A stretch of DNA of 63,914 bases, counting the filler, from Folioceros fuciformis (Eukaryota), in the NCBI GenBank assembly GCA_049999805.1. It is 5 parts of 5 records of this genome, joined end to end, with 100 filler letters (N's around TTAATTAATTAA, not from the genome) between each part and the next. Parts side by side here need not be neighbours in the genome. Positions count along the whole stretch, not along the records: positions 35,998 to 56,896 come from JBNGIO010006248.1; 4 more parts are not named here. One strand, 5' to 3'. The position numbers and the translations under genes are program-made. Below the pieces are notes generated by a model. It had not been told where the DNA came from and made no database searches. It was given only the letters and a program-made list of their open reading frames with translations. Shown here piece after piece: positions 37,731 to 51,291 of this stretch (position 1 is its first letter; each line of letters begins with the position of its first letter).

Positions 37731-37999
37731 GCCAGCCGATGCACGTCACCACCACTCTTCGCCGCTTGCCACCCACCCCAACCAACTATCAGGTTCAATA
37801 ATTTACGGCACTTGCAGTCTACGAGGGATCTCACTCTACACAATCACCTGCACCCATAGTAAATCTACAGTCAGCATCACCGTCGTATTCTAAGCAAGCG
37901 TGCACCATTTTCGGCCTCATCATCGTCAAATCTTCAATACCCATCAGCTATCGCAACACTCATCCAGTGCATCCATCCCGCCACGCGCGGCGCGCACAG

Positions 38000-39560
38000 G
38001 ATGAATTACCAGCACAACTGTTCCTCAGTCAATCCACCCAGAAGTCCTATCCAAATTCTCGTCAGATTGCATGCACACAACCAGGGCACGCGTTCCTGCC
38101 CACCACTTGAACCTCACCTCAGCACCATGCCATCAGGCCCGCGTCATCGCACATCCTCCCTCTCACAATGCATCATGACATGCGACGTTTCCCCACGAGT
38201 CTCACACCCGGGATATCCACCCTTACATCAGACAAGCTGATTCACGTACTCCCGATCCTCCCACCCACAGCGTCAATGCCAGCACTTCTCCGGAGACAAG
38301 TTCACAAACCTTCAACATTCATCAATCATCACAACACTCATCCCCTGTATCGATTCAGATCCACACACAATCCACTCACATCCATCAACCACTCGTATGT
38401 ATGCACACAAGTCAAGACACCACTTCCACCCTTGCACCTCACCTAAGCACCATGCCACCAAGCCCGCAACGTATCGATCACAACAATGTTGACTCCATCA
38501 ACGGGCTCCTCTCCCAAACTCTCCCAAAATAACCACGGTCGCACCGACACCGCCAGTCAAGCAGATGCGTCTCTCGAAGAAAAGTGTCCACCGTTATCCC
38601 ACCACCTAATTCACGCCATCCAGATCCTGCCACACAGGTACCCACAGTTTCACTGTCATCACCCCTCGACAAGATACACCAAGCTTGAACGGACATCAGC
38701 CATCGCTACACTCATCCGGGACTGCATCCATCCGCGTTGGCAGAGGAACCACTAATCACCCAACTTCTCATCCACCCCGAAAGTCCGTCCCACAAGCGTC
38801 ACTTTGCACACTGCCAGGACACACGTTCCACAACTTGTTCCCCACCTGGGCGCGATGGCACCAATATCGCCTTATCAAAACGTAATTCGCCGCACAGTCG
38901 TCAAGTACGCGTGTCCTGCCGAACTACGCATGAAAACACACACCGCCGAGCCGATCCCAGGCGTCTCACACCGAGGGTGCGCACCGTTGTATCGAGGCAC
39001 GTCATTCACGGGATCCGAGTCCTGCCACCCACACCGTCACTGCCATGACCTCTGGACACATTTCCGTAAAGCTTCACAATACTCATTCAGTGCCTCCATC
39101 GCGGTCGGCAGACCAGCCGATGAGCTAGCTAGCGACAAAACTTTCAATCCACCCCGGGAGAACTACTCCACTCCACTCCACTCCAACCCTGCCCTGCCTC
39201 ACCAGCTCATTCACGGGCTCCGGATCCTGCAATCCACAGTTTCACTGCCGTGGCCCCTCCACACAATCACTTCACCAATTTCAGATTACACATACATCTG
39301 CCATCACAACACTCAACCGGCGCTGCATCTGCCGGTCGGCAGACGATCATCTGGCAACACACCTCGGAACACAACACAACAGTTCGCACACCGCCGGCAC
39401 ACGCGTTCTTCACAACCACTTGTACCTCACCTAAACACCCTGCCACCAATCCCGCATCATCACAACATCCTTCCACTTACACTCCATCAAATTCGCTCTT
39501 CCGACAAACTACCGCTCGCCGAGCACACGAGTCTCGCACCGACCATGTCCACCCGTCATC
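38000..39560. repeat. Highly degenerate C/A-rich long-period repeat array
   Basis: Motif 'attcacg...gatcctgccacccacagt.tcactgcc' recurs near 38240, 38610, 39005 and 39210. Motif 'cttgNacctcacctaagcaccatgccacca' recurs near 38105, 38432, 38833 and 39420. Confidence 0.65.
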
Positions 39561-40807
39561 CCACCAGCTCACTCACCGCCTACCACCCGTGGGCAACACC
39601 GCCTCCAACTGCATGTCTCCAATCTCCAAGCCTCCTTGCTTCGTCATCTGTGCCGTCCTGAGCCCCACCAGACATACATTTCTCATCAGAGTCAGCGCTC
39701 ATTCACTGCTGCCACTTACCAATCTTGGACACACTTCCCACCAACAACCTCAATGTGAAGGCACATGTAAGTTCCGACCACATCAGCCATCACCTCTCAA
39801 GCCAATCTCACAAACCTTGCCACTATCCCTACTGCACTCCAGTGGGCATCAGCAAACGAACTGCAGCTCCAAACTTCACACCGTGCCTGCGCACGCACCA
39901 GCCGGGCCCTCGGGCTCTCTCAATCTTCACATGCACCAAACCCCGAGCCCAGCAGGCCAACACTAGCAACCCACCCACCGTCAGCGAAGCCTGGGCAGCT
40001 TTGTAGGCAGGGAAGCACCCGCGCGCTTGAGAAGCGAAGCTTCTGGCGCACCTTCCTCAGCGAGAAGCCTTGTCAGTCTACCTGTCCAGCGACTTGTCGC
40101 ACTTGCCCAGTGGGCCTGTGGACCCACCACATCGGCACCACCACGTCCAATGAACCAATGGCTTGGGCATCCAGTCAATTTGAGTCCAGTTATTAAGGAA
40201 AGCTTCGAAGCCAAGGGAAGGAAAGGCAAAGCAAAAGAAGAATAAACAAATATGTACAGTAGAGTGCGTGACGTCGATAGCCACGCTGCTCACCAGTGGG
40301 AGACGGAGGCCCAAACCTACACAAGCAGCCATCCTCCGTTGAGGACTGTACAGTAGCTGTTTGGGCATGGCGATGTACCTAAGAGCCAACATTCGTTTTT
40401 CTTGTTTCATGGACACTCTTCCTCTCCGATATGCTCATGCATAAATAGCTATAGTGGTTGCTGGGAAACGTGACCTCATATCCCCATCTCCGTGTAGCCG
40501 GAGAAGAGAGGCGCTCTTTGGGGGAGGAGACTTGTCACTTTGCCCAGCATATGTGTGGCAAGCCGGGGCAGCACAGCACAGGACAGGACAGGACACGTCA
40601 ATGGTGGTCAACGGCAAGTAACATATGTACTACAGTCTGAGGCCGAGCAGTTTCTGCTCAATGAATTTCTGGAAAGGTGAATGAAACGGTGGAGTGGATA
40701 TCTACGCACTGAAGATAAGCTACCCAGCCTAGGGCTCCGAGATAGCGAAGGATAGGTACGGGCAACACGACTTGCGATCCAGGCGTGCGGGAAATTGGCC
40801 GAAGGGC

Positions 40808-42318
40808 ATGGAGCGGTCGCGGACCCTGAATGCCTGGGATGTGCCTTGCACCTCGCGCGCTGTGGATGGATTCGTGCGGATCGGCATGGTCGGTCCTGCA
40901 CTTTGGCCTCTCGCGTTTGTTGATTTCACGCCTGGTTTGGTGCCGATGTCCAGCTGTCACGGCTTTGATTACGCCTGTTCTTAGCTGTCTGCAAAGCGGT
41001 GCTTCTTGATTGAGTCTTGACACGCTGGTGTAGAGAAGGGATTTTTGTTGATTGCAACGTGGCGCAGTTTGCAATTGTGCTCTTGAGCTTGAGTTGAGGG
41101 ACCGGCAGAGGAGGTGGCCTTGGCATGAGCTGAGTGACGTTTGGGTTGTAGCAGCGGTTGTGGAGTTGAAATGTGGTTCGGCGAATTGTGGTTTTCATCC
41201 CCGCACATTGTGTGGCATGCAGGGAGGTGTGGCCTGGGGAGTCTTCATGGGGTCGTATGATGCTGCCAAAGAAGGTGCGCCTGGCTGTTTTAGTGTTCAG
41301 TTTTTATTTCTTTCGGACTTGCATTGCACTGCCGGTGGCACGGCATGTCTGTTGCTGCTTTGAAGCCCGGACGACCTTCTCTTCTCCCTGTCATTTTGGC
41401 ATGGTTGTTTTGGATTGCCATACTGGCAACCCTTGCCCACATTTGTGTTGGATCCGATTGTTGCAACACTGTTTCTGAGGGGCTCCAGGCTCGATGTCAT
41501 GGTTGCATTTCGCCCCCTCTGCCGCTGTATGCACGTCACCTGATCGAGCTTCAAATCTTTTGCCAGGGCACAAAGGACCTTCTCGGGCTTTGTACGTGGT
41601 AAGTCTTGCGTGAGACCGGTCGTGCAGGGATTATGGTATTCTCATCTTGTTGGACAGTAGCAGGCACAAGTTAGTTAGTTGTGAGCTCGGGGTCTATCTG
41701 TAGACTATTTTTTATGGCAAGAGATGCAGGACAGTTCCTTCCTGGTGAGAAGTGGTGGTGGTTTGAAGGAAGGAATGCCGCATTTTGTGTTATGTGGGAC
41801 TTGAATTGTGTGGTGAATTTGTGTGCTTCCAGGCGAAGTCCATGATGAAGAATGGTCTCGGATGGGGTATGTATTCCGCCCACTTCCCGGGCTGTTTCTC
41901 ATCTTCTTGGTTCAGCGAGTAGTTTACACTTGTCATACCCTTGCTGTGCCTGATAAGACATCATGCGACCCCATCCTATGGATTGCAGGTATCTTCGCTG
42001 GTACGTATGTGGGATTGAGCTGCGGTGTCGAGTCAATGCGAAGGAAGAGAGACTGGGTAAGGAAGGACCTGGCTATCTGCTCGTGCTTACTCTTCACATG
42101 CCTGTCCGCACCTCTTGAGAAGACGCGACACATAGTCCAACAGGCGCCCTGTTGTGCAGGTGAACGCCTGTGTAGCAGGGGCTGTCACAGGAGCCATGGC
42201 GTCCGCGACATCGGGAAGTGGTGTGAAGATTCTTGGCACCGCAGCAGCCACAGCTGCCGTAGCCACAGCTGGTGATTACTTCCTCCGGCCTGCTCAGTAC
42301 CCTCCAACTGGTATCTGA
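40808..42318 (+). CDS. PRAT (Tim17/Tim22/Tim23/OEP16) family protein, OEP16-4-like; 6 small exons
   Basis: Spliced: MERSRTLNAWDVPCTSRAVDGFVRIGM / GGVAWGVFMGSYDAAKEG / HKGPSRALYV / AKSMMKNGLGWG / IFAGTYVGLSCGVESMRRKRDW / VNACVAGAVTGAMASATSGSGVKILG...YPPTGI*. The PRAT motif RxKxDWxNxxxAGxxTGA is present. The gene is fragmented in the ORF track. Confidence 0.85.
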
Positions 42319-43022
42319 AACTCGTCCCACCAGTAGTGGCTTTGGTCCTATCATGTTGGTGCACCAGAGATGTAGGACAGGAGTCTAGCATGATACTCTC
42401 AACTTGGCCCACCTCCAAGGTGCTGCTTAGCTCACGCATGGGAGGGCACGTACTCTGATCCATCACCCTTTGGCGGAAGAGGCAGTGGTGAGCTTGTGTA
42501 TATGACAGCCTTCGTCGGGGTTTCTTTCGTTGTATGAACTTTGGGTAATGGTTGCCAGTGCCTGACGATCTTGTAGTCTTGGCAGTCCACGAAGGCCGGA
42601 AGTGGATGTAAGCTCAGTTGGTGGGCCCCGCTTTAAGCTGAGTTGACGGACCAAAGCTGATTTGAGGGACCACTTAGTTTGATATGGTGAATCATTTCCA
42701 CGCATCACAGTGAAGTGTGAGACTTTCCAGTTCACCTTACTGCTGTGCTGTTTACTTATGCTGTGTACGGTTGCCATGAGCGGTAAGCTAGCAACACGAC
42801 AGGCAGTGGGACTGGAGTGTACAATAGGCATGGTGTCCATGCATCCCCAGGAAGCACCACATTCCCGGTCGCCAAGTCATCTCGCTGACGAGCCAACATG
42901 CTGCACTGTCTGGCGCCTCAGATTTCCCTTCTTCTCTCTCGCGAACGGGTACGAATTCATTCCAGCCAAGGTCGCGAGTTTGCAAGCAAGAAAGTCGGCG
43001 TCACCGGCAAGCAGCAGCGGAT

Positions 43023-44696
43023 ATGGCCGTGGATCTGTTGAACATGGCTTTGGATTGGGTGTTGCCTCCGGCAACGATGATGTTCTTGGCGACAATCTTT
43101 CCTACTCTTCTCTTCATTCGCTTCTGGTACTGGCTTTTCAACCGTGTTTTTCCCGAGGACATGTACAACAAGGTGGTGCTCATCACAGGGGCGTCGTCTG
43201 GAATCGGAGAGGTGACAATCGCTCAGACGATCCTGGTTTCCGCTCTTCCTCGGCAGTGATGTTGATTGCCCGGTTCCTTCCGTATCGGTGATGCAGCAAA
43301 CGGCATACGAGTATGCGAAAAAGGGAGCCAAGCTGTCACTGGTGGCCCGGCGAGAGGATCACTTGAAACCCGTGGCGGACAGGGCTCGCCGAAAGGGCGC
43401 CATGGACGTGCGGACTATCTCTGCCGATTTGTCTCGGGTGGACGAGTGTCGAAGGATCGTTGATGAGACTGTTCGACACTATGGCCGCTGTCAGATCTTC
43501 CGTCTCAACCGCTCTTGATTTCCGGAACAGTGTGTCGTGCAGAAGACAGATTTTCAATTTCAAGCTCTACAGTTCGAGATCAAGTTGATTGGATAGGTGT
43601 GATTTGTTTTTGATCGTGATGCGTTGATCTTGCAGTGGACCATCTGGTGAACAACGTCGGTATGGCGAGCTCTTTCATTTTCGACGAAGCCAAGCCTGAT
43701 GCTTTCTTCCAGCCTTTCGTACGTCACTGAGTTGGAATGTTACAATTGTCTTCCAACTCTTCGATCCCTTCCAAGGCCTTGATGCGGTTCAAATTCGTGA
43801 GGTGTCGATGATAATTGGCTCTCGTAGCTGCCGATAACGCAGCGACTGATTTGAACGCGGATCGCATGTGCAGGACGTGACATTCTGGGGAAATGTGCAT
43901 CCGACTTACTACGCCTTGCCTCATCTGAAGCAATCCAAGGGCAGGCTGGTGGTGAATGCGTCTGTGGCCAGTTACATGCCCGTCCCGCGCATGAGCATCT
44001 ATAATGTAAGCCCTTCCTCCACTTGGAATTTGCCCTTTTTGGCCTTTCTTGACCGTCCTACGCAACATCATCCATGACGATCTCTGCAATCTGCCTCGGT
44101 GTTTCAGGCCGCTAATGCGGGGCTAGTCCAATTCTTCGACACACTGAGGACCGAGGTGGGGCAACAGGTGGGCGTGACTATCATCATGCCGGGTTGGGTG
44201 GAGAGCCAGATGACTCAGGGCAGATACATCGACGCAAGAGGCGAGGAAAAAGTAGGAGACGCAGCGCAGCGAGATGTGAGTCTCACTCATCTCAACTCAA
44301 CTCAACTCAACTCAACTCGACTCAACTCTCTCACTCCTCGCTTCGTCCCTGTCGCCACGGCCCTCCTAACCCTGACTTCCGGTGCATGCATTTCAGGTCC
44401 AAATAGGGTTCGCTCCCGTCACATACACGGAAGTGGCTGCCAGGGCAATCGTGAAGGGAGCAGTGCACAGGAAGTGGTATGTCACAGTGCCCTTCTGGTA
44501 CCAGACTCTCCTGCTGTTCCGGATCCTGGTCCCCGAGGTCCTCTCCGCCTACCTCCGCTTCTTCTTCCTGTACGAGCTCTCCCAGAAGAAGCCTTCCGGC
44601 AAACTGGCCCTGGATGCCTCCGACGCCAAGAAGATCCTCTACCCGACCTCCATCCAGGAAGCGAAGGCCCGGGATCAGCAAGCCAAGGCTGCGTAG
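43023..44696 (+). CDS. HSD: Steroleosin / 11-beta-hydroxysteroid dehydrogenase-like SDR, 6 exons
   Basis: N-terminal hydrophobic anchor with prolines (LPPATMMFLATIFPTLLF). Also KVVLITGASSGIGE, AYEYAKKGAKLSLVARRE, DHLVNNVG, PRMSIYN/AANAG and PGWVESQMTQG. Confidence 0.92.
44290..44330. repeat. (CTCAA)n pentanucleotide microsatellite in an HSD intron
   Basis: Direct repeats visible. Confidence 0.9.
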
Positions 44697-45287
44697 ATCT
44701 GTGGATGTCGATGTGCAGATAGCTCAGGTTTGCGGCTGTTTCTAGCGGAGTAAGATCAGAGCACTGCTGGTCACTCAGATTTGTCCTCGCCTAGGTTCTT
44801 CCCCCTATCTGTACAAACTCCTGCAAAACAAAAAACGGGTGATGAAACTGCTCTTCCTACACACGTGTAGAATGGGGATTCTTCACACCCTGCCGACAAA
44901 GGACATACGTGCATGTACCGGCACAGAGGGGTCACCGACATTTTGGCTTTTGTGGCGATACACTTCCGGGTCGGGCCGGGCCGGGCCGGCACGGCACGGT
45001 CTGCGTGCAAGGCGCGCTCCCTTTTCTTGCACAAAAACCGTGAACGCCTTGAACCGCATTTGAAAGGGTGGAATAAAAGTGCGCTCGCTTTTAACGGTCT
45101 TGATATTTTACTGAAACGCGAATGTGACACGAGACGCTCTTTTCGTTTGTTATCGCGGCATCGGGTATCCAAATCAAGAAAGTGCGTACGTATAGCTCTG
45201 CGGGTCGCGACGACAAGGCCAAGCTTCGGTTGTTCTTGGCGCGGTTCGATCCGGTTTCAGCGCGGGGGAGAGGAGGAGGCCAGACCA

Positions 45288-45345
45288 GGCCGAGCCGAGA
45301 CGAGACGAGACGAGCCGAGCCGAGCCGAGTCGAGTCGAGTCGGAG
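45288..45345. repeat. (CGAGN)n pentanucleotide microsatellite upstream of the FHA gene
   Basis: Run of 'ccgagccgagacgagacgagacgagccgagccgagccgagtcgagtcgagtc'. Confidence 0.85.
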
Positions 45346-45408
45346 CCCGTCGGCCATGGCAGTCCAGTCGCGCGAGCGAGACGCCTCGTAGGTGAAACGA
45401 GACGTCTC

Positions 45409-48400
45409 ATGGCGGAGGCCAGAGCAGGGCTTCCCTTTGCCGCCCCGCCGGGCCACGGGCTGGACTCGCTCGCAGCTGCTGCCGCGGCGGAGGGGAAGGG
45501 AGCGGTACCCGGAGCCATGGCTGTAGCGGCAGGAGGAGCCGCCCTTGCGCTGGTTCCGGGAAAGCCCGACTCTCCTGGAGCATGCAGGATCGATGTGCGG
45601 GTGCAGGCGCAGCTTGTGGCCGCGCAGCCGGTGCCGGTGCACCGGCCTGATCTCTGGGGACTGCTCACCGCGGTGTCGGACAAGGCCAGGAAGCGACCAC
45701 AGGTACGCGCGCTCTGGCGGTTTTTTTTTCGGTGTTTTTTTTTTTTGGCAAGAGGAGGAATTGGAAGTCGGTTGGATGCGGTTCGTTGGAATTGGAGGTT
45801 TTGTCGTCGGATGGAATTGGTCGGTGGGGCTGTAGGCGCGGGGATTGAGCCTCTGCTGTCTGTGGAATTTTGTTTGTTGCAGGGACATCATATTATGCTG
45901 TACAGTGTGGAGCACATGCTGGGACGCGTGGTGAAGGAAGTGAGCTGCTCGTTTGATTCGCCGAATGTGAGCGGAAAACATTGTAAGATTTCGAGGAAAG
46001 TTGTGGCGGTTAATGGAAGCGTCAAGCCGATGCAGGCCGATTACGCGCTCGTGCCGGGGGAACGGATTGTGGTCATGGTGAAGGACTCGAGGTGAGGAGC
46101 CGTTGCTGCCGGCAATTTCGAGGCTATGTGTGTGCTGGACGCTGGCACGAAGTTTGATGGTGTGTCACTTTTCCCTACCAGTTCGAATGGGACTTTTATC
46201 AATCAGCAACGACTGAGGAGGGAGGGGCCGGAGGAATGTTTAAAGCATGGAGACCTCATATCTCTGGTCGGATTACCTGAGCAGGGTGAGGTTTGTCGCA
46301 TGGAAATGTTTCCAGCTTGAAAAACTAGTTAGTCATGGCGTGGCGGTGATCGACTAACATCTGTTTTCCTGTACTGCAGAGAATGCCTTCACGTTTGTGT
46401 ATAGGGATGTGGCTGCAGCTCCGAAGCCTTCTATTCCGCAGGAGGTTCCCGATGCACCTAAACAGGGCGTTAAGAGGAAGGTGGCCGCAGGAAAGAGTAA
46501 GTTGAATGCTTGCAGGCGTCTTACAATGCTAACAGAGGTCTTAACCGGGAATGCTACTGTTTCCTTTTTCTGTTATGTTTCTGGGAGTGAGAGAGGTGCC
46601 CCTCTCTTATGTTAGTCGGTGTTCATACTTCTGTGCAGGTGATCAACCTGAAAATGATGCTGCTTGGGATGGAAAAAGAATGAAAGGACTTCTTGTTGGT
46701 GGCCCCGATGGACCTGTTTCTTTGGATGACGTCCGCAGACTTCAACGGTCTAATGAGGTATGTTGTAATGTGCTGGAATTGGGTGAGGAGGAAGTTCGAG
46801 ACGGTGCTCGGTTAACATCGGAAGATGTACGGGCCTCGGAATGCTGAGTTGCTTCATTCACTGCAGGAGTTACGTCAGCAACTTGAGGAACATGTCTTAA
46901 CCATTGAGAAAATGCGAGCAGAGTTCAGAGCTGCCGAAGGCCGGCATGAGACAGTGAGCTAACTTAACTCATGGCTTGCTTGGTGCCCGAAGAGGAGCCC
47001 TGCTTTTCGACCGGTGTGGTCGTTTGTCGTATTGGATGTGTGTGCTGAATTAGCCTGAGGCGAGCTCAAGGCATCACTTTCAGTCCAAGGATTATTCTAA
47101 TGGTGCAGATTCTGATTTTCATGTTTTGGCTTGTGGAAGCAGGAACTGAAAGAGCTCAAAGCATCTATCTCAGCCAGATTCGCAGCTGAAATTGATATGA
47201 AGTCTAGGGAACTTGAGCAGAACAAGAAGGAGATGGAGGATATGGCGGCCACCTCTATGCAGCAGCAGAGCGTGATGGAAGACCTCAATCAAAGACTTGC
47301 AGCTGCGTCTCAATCCCGTGTGGATGCTGAAGAGCTAATCCAAAGGTACGGATGTGAAGATGATCTTGAGTGCCCTTGTAGTAAGTGAGCAACCTGTGGT
47401 TCTGAAAGTCTTGTTCTATCTGACCCATGATTGTCTGCTGCAGTCAAAAGACAAACATTGCAGATCTTGAAAAGCGATTAGAAGATGAACGAAATGAGAG
47501 ACAGAGGGAAAATGAAGATTCACAAATTGCCTTAAAAGTTTCTGTGGATAAGGTGCGGGCAGAAGCTGCTGAGGAGCTTAAGCAGCAGGCACAGGTTGCT
47601 GCAAAGCAACAGAAGCAACAGCAGGACACCATATATGAGCTGCAGGTCTGATCTTTTGGTCAGGCTGAAGGATGTAGTTTGAACGTGCAGCTGAGGCCCA
47701 CTGTACACGTTATAACGTTGTGGGACATGTGCAGGAGGCAGATAAGGAGAATCGCCGCCTGACTGAGAGTCTGAGAGTTAAACTGGTAATTTCAACCGTG
47801 AGCTTGCTCCAAGACTCTCCTGCTCCATATAGGCGTCGCCTTTTGGATGTTAAGAATTGTTCCAATGGATGTAAATGCATCAGGAAAAGGAGAGAGAAGC
47901 GCTGGTGAACTCCGAAGAAAGGTACAGAAGATTGGAAGCCCAGCTCCAGGATGAACGAAATTCTTCTGAGTCTGCTAGGAAAGTAAGTGCTGCGTGCACT
48001 CTGTTTGCTTGAATCTGTAAAGCTGTATTCTTTGTCTAGATGCTTTGCTTTTGTACTCTCTAGGGTGAGCGTATCCTCTCATCTCACCTATTGCATTGTA
48101 TAGAGAGCAGCTGACAGGGAACAGGAGTTGGAAAACATCAACAAGGAGCTGGAAAATGAGAAGGTGAAATCTAGCACCCATGGTAGATTTTGCTTCTCCA
48201 TAGATAGCTATTCCCGTGACAAGGTCATAGGAAGATTCCAACTGCAGGTGCTATCTGTGGTGGACTATGAGTCATGGACAGTAGCTGATTACGTGTTGCT
48301 GAACGAACCACAGAAAGCGAAAGACGCTGCAACAGACAAGGCCTCAGTATTGGAGCTCGAAATGGAAACAGCTATTAGGGAGTTGGCACTGGAAAAACGG

Positions 48401-50180
48401 CGGTTGCAAGGAGCACGAGAGCGAATCGTCCTCAGGTTATTTTTTTGATGTGGATTTGAGCATGTTACATGAACAGTTTCAGGTGAAGAAAAAGATGATG
48501 GGAGACCCATTTGTCAGTTGTGATATTAACTTGCGAGTGCTTTCTCCCAGCAGAGAAACTCAACTTCGAGCATTCCACTCCACTGCTGAAGAAATTGCGT
48601 CTTTGCAACAGAAGCAGCAGGAGCAACTCAAAGGAATGCTGAGGACACTGGAAGATGGTGAAGGTGAGACTGATGCAATAAGGACTCAAGCCATTGTGGA
48701 TATAAAATGTCCAGAACTTGGTGATGAGAGATCTGGTAGCTATGGAGACAGGACAAAAGTTTCGGAAACTGTAAATAAGGAACCGAACCCTTCAGGGGTT
48801 AATGTGCGGACAGCAAGTGAGTCTGATTACGCCGCATTGCAAGCTGACACCCACACGAGCAAAGAAGGCAATGGATCTACTCCTGCTGTGGTAGCGAAGG
48901 ACAACAATGAAGGCAGCTTTGATGAGCAGGATCTCTCTGAAAAGGCAGAGTTACATGTTGATACCCAGCAAGAGTGGGGAGGTGGTGAGACACAAGACTG
49001 TTCAGTAGTTGCTGATTCGGAGTCAGATACATCAATGGCTGGAGATCTGGATGTTGTACAGGACACATTGATCGACGAGGCTGATTCCAAGGGAATCTCC
49101 AGCTCTCTAGTATGCCCCCTGGATGTGCTCAAGACGCAATTGGTGGACCTTGAAACCATGCAGAGGCTGGAAAGAGTTGATGCGGCTGCCGAGCAACATC
49201 AGGATTTTGAATGTTCTCCTATGGGAAGCCCTCCTGCTCGTTTCTCATTTCGGAGGGTGTCACTTAACGGTGGGAAAGATACACCCAGCTCTGGCTGCCT
49301 AGCCAATGTAAATATTGGGCAGCAGGAAGCTGGAAATGGTAGAGGAAAGATCACTGAAGTTCACAGCTCTGATAGATGTGCCGACGTAATTCCGGCGGAA
49401 ACCATGCTTGTAGATGAAGAATCTCCCAAGACCTTCCCGTGTTGGGAAGCCCCTAGCACTCATGTCTTTGAGAGGAACGAGGGCAAGGAAAATATGGAAG
49501 GAGCAAACCGTGCAGGAGAGGAGAGAAGTGGGCTTCAACCTGCAAGACTTGATCATTTTGGTGCCTTCCAGATAGGAAGAGAAGGTAAGTCTTTGAACGG
49601 CGCGCTTCTTGACACCAGAAGTCCGCTGGACTTGAAGATAGAATCAGCAGTGGTGGCAATCCGACAAGATACAGGAAACTTAATAGCGTCTGAGGTACCG
49701 GGCAGCTGGGCGGTAAGCTCAGCTTCCGAACCGAATGCCACTAAGCAGGACAACCACCTATCTGGTGAACCTTTAGGGCTATGCTACCCAAAAGACAGCG
49801 AAGGACGAAGTGAGGAGCAAGCTGGCGCGCAGACTGAGTCGAGCCAAGGGGGAACCAGCGACAATGAGCCATCAAGAGTTGGTGCCCCAGGCTCAATTCT
49901 GATACCAGCCACCCAGATGGCTTCCCAGGATGCGAGAAACAGTCAAAGCTCTTCCCAGCAAAGGAGCTACTCACCACCTGATCGCGAGCGCGTGGCGCTG
50001 AACGAGATGCTGACAATTGTGGCTCCCGAGCTAGGAAATCTACAAGGAATTCAGGCACTGGAAGAAGTGGCCCCAGATTCCGAGGAGAGCACAGATGAGG
50101 ATGTTGACGACGACGACGAAGAGGGGTCAGGATTCGTCGAGCGGCCAAGGATGCGAGCTGGAATCGGGAGTCAAGGCTGA
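45409..50180 (+). CDS. SMAD/FHA-domain coiled-coil protein, multi-exon
   Basis: FHA motifs HMLGR...VSGKHCKI...KDS/SSNGTFIN...LKHGDLISL. These are followed by coiled-coil exons (VSLDDVRRLQRSNE, RETQLRAFHSTAEEIASLQQKQQEQLKGMLRTLED) and a long acidic disordered last exon with LIASEVPGSWA. Confidence 0.88.
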
Positions 50181-51291
50181 CTGTGTCCTACGACAGGGAG
50201 TGTCGTGTGGGTGAACACCTCTCAGGAAGGATGGAAGTGAAGAGGCAAGTGGCTAGGAGTTACGTGATCCCGATATGTACAGTAGGTCCACACATGGGCA
50301 AGTACGATCGGACAAGCACCAATTGTGAGGTGAGGCCACCCCCAACTACCTACCGCATTGAAGGGAGCTGTAGCAAAATGATTGGCTTCGTGAGACGGTG
50401 CCCGATTCGTTAAAACGCGATGGGGGATCGGGGGTGAGAGTGAGGTGGCAGGTGATGGGAATTGGGATGTCTGGCTGAGCTTGCCCGGGGCCTCTCTGTG
50501 GTCGGATTGCTGGGGAGAACAGTAGCCTATTTAGAACGCGAACTAAACTCCCTCCCGTTTCGTATTAGACTACGGTAAGAAGGTCCCGCGTGCATGTTAA
50601 AGTTTCCGCCAAAAACAGACAAATCCAAAACGATGCCGGCGTCTAATAGCCGAGGTTGTCGTCTCACGCTGTGTCCGATGCCCTGCATCCGTGCAGGTCG
50701 TTAGATCTGATGAACCATGTAGAGCAAAACTGAGCAGAGCAGAGCTTCACTTTCGCGGGCAACCACTCTCTCTCTCCGTCCCCCCGCTTTGATTTGATTT
50801 CTGCAAAGCAAAACTGTCTCCATCGCCGCACCAAGTCTTGACTCTCATACATACAGACAGGTCGACTAATCTCAAATTCAGGACCAGGTCGTGCTCGCCT
50901 CGAGCTCTAGCTTGTCTTCGGCTGTGCATTGGGCTTGAATGAATAGCAGATCCGAGTAGTCCTGTTCCTGATCGCCTCTTTGCGCCAGCTCCCAGGGCCC
51001 CGCCCATGGGGAGCTCACTGTGCCATGTGGAGAGCAGCAGAAGCGGAAGCAGCGCGGAAGGTGTAGGCCCAGCAGCAGCAGGCCAGGTCCGTTGGGGCGT
51101 CGTGGTGTGTGGCGGAGTGTGGTGTGCGCCTTCAATTGTTTACCAGTGAGGCCCATTGTGGAGTCTGGGCTTTCTGGGACAGTCCTCCCCTCCAGATGAG
51201 CCCTAGAGCAGGGCTGAGAGGCTGCCAATTCTGAGGCAGCCCAGCTCAACCCGGCCCATCCCGGCAGCAGCGGCATGCCCCGCCTTCACCC

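Noticed and set aside
38804-39966. 285-aa and 238-aa His/Thr/Pro-rich ORFs
   Set aside because: They are explained by the C/A skew suppressing stop codons and have no recognisable domain.
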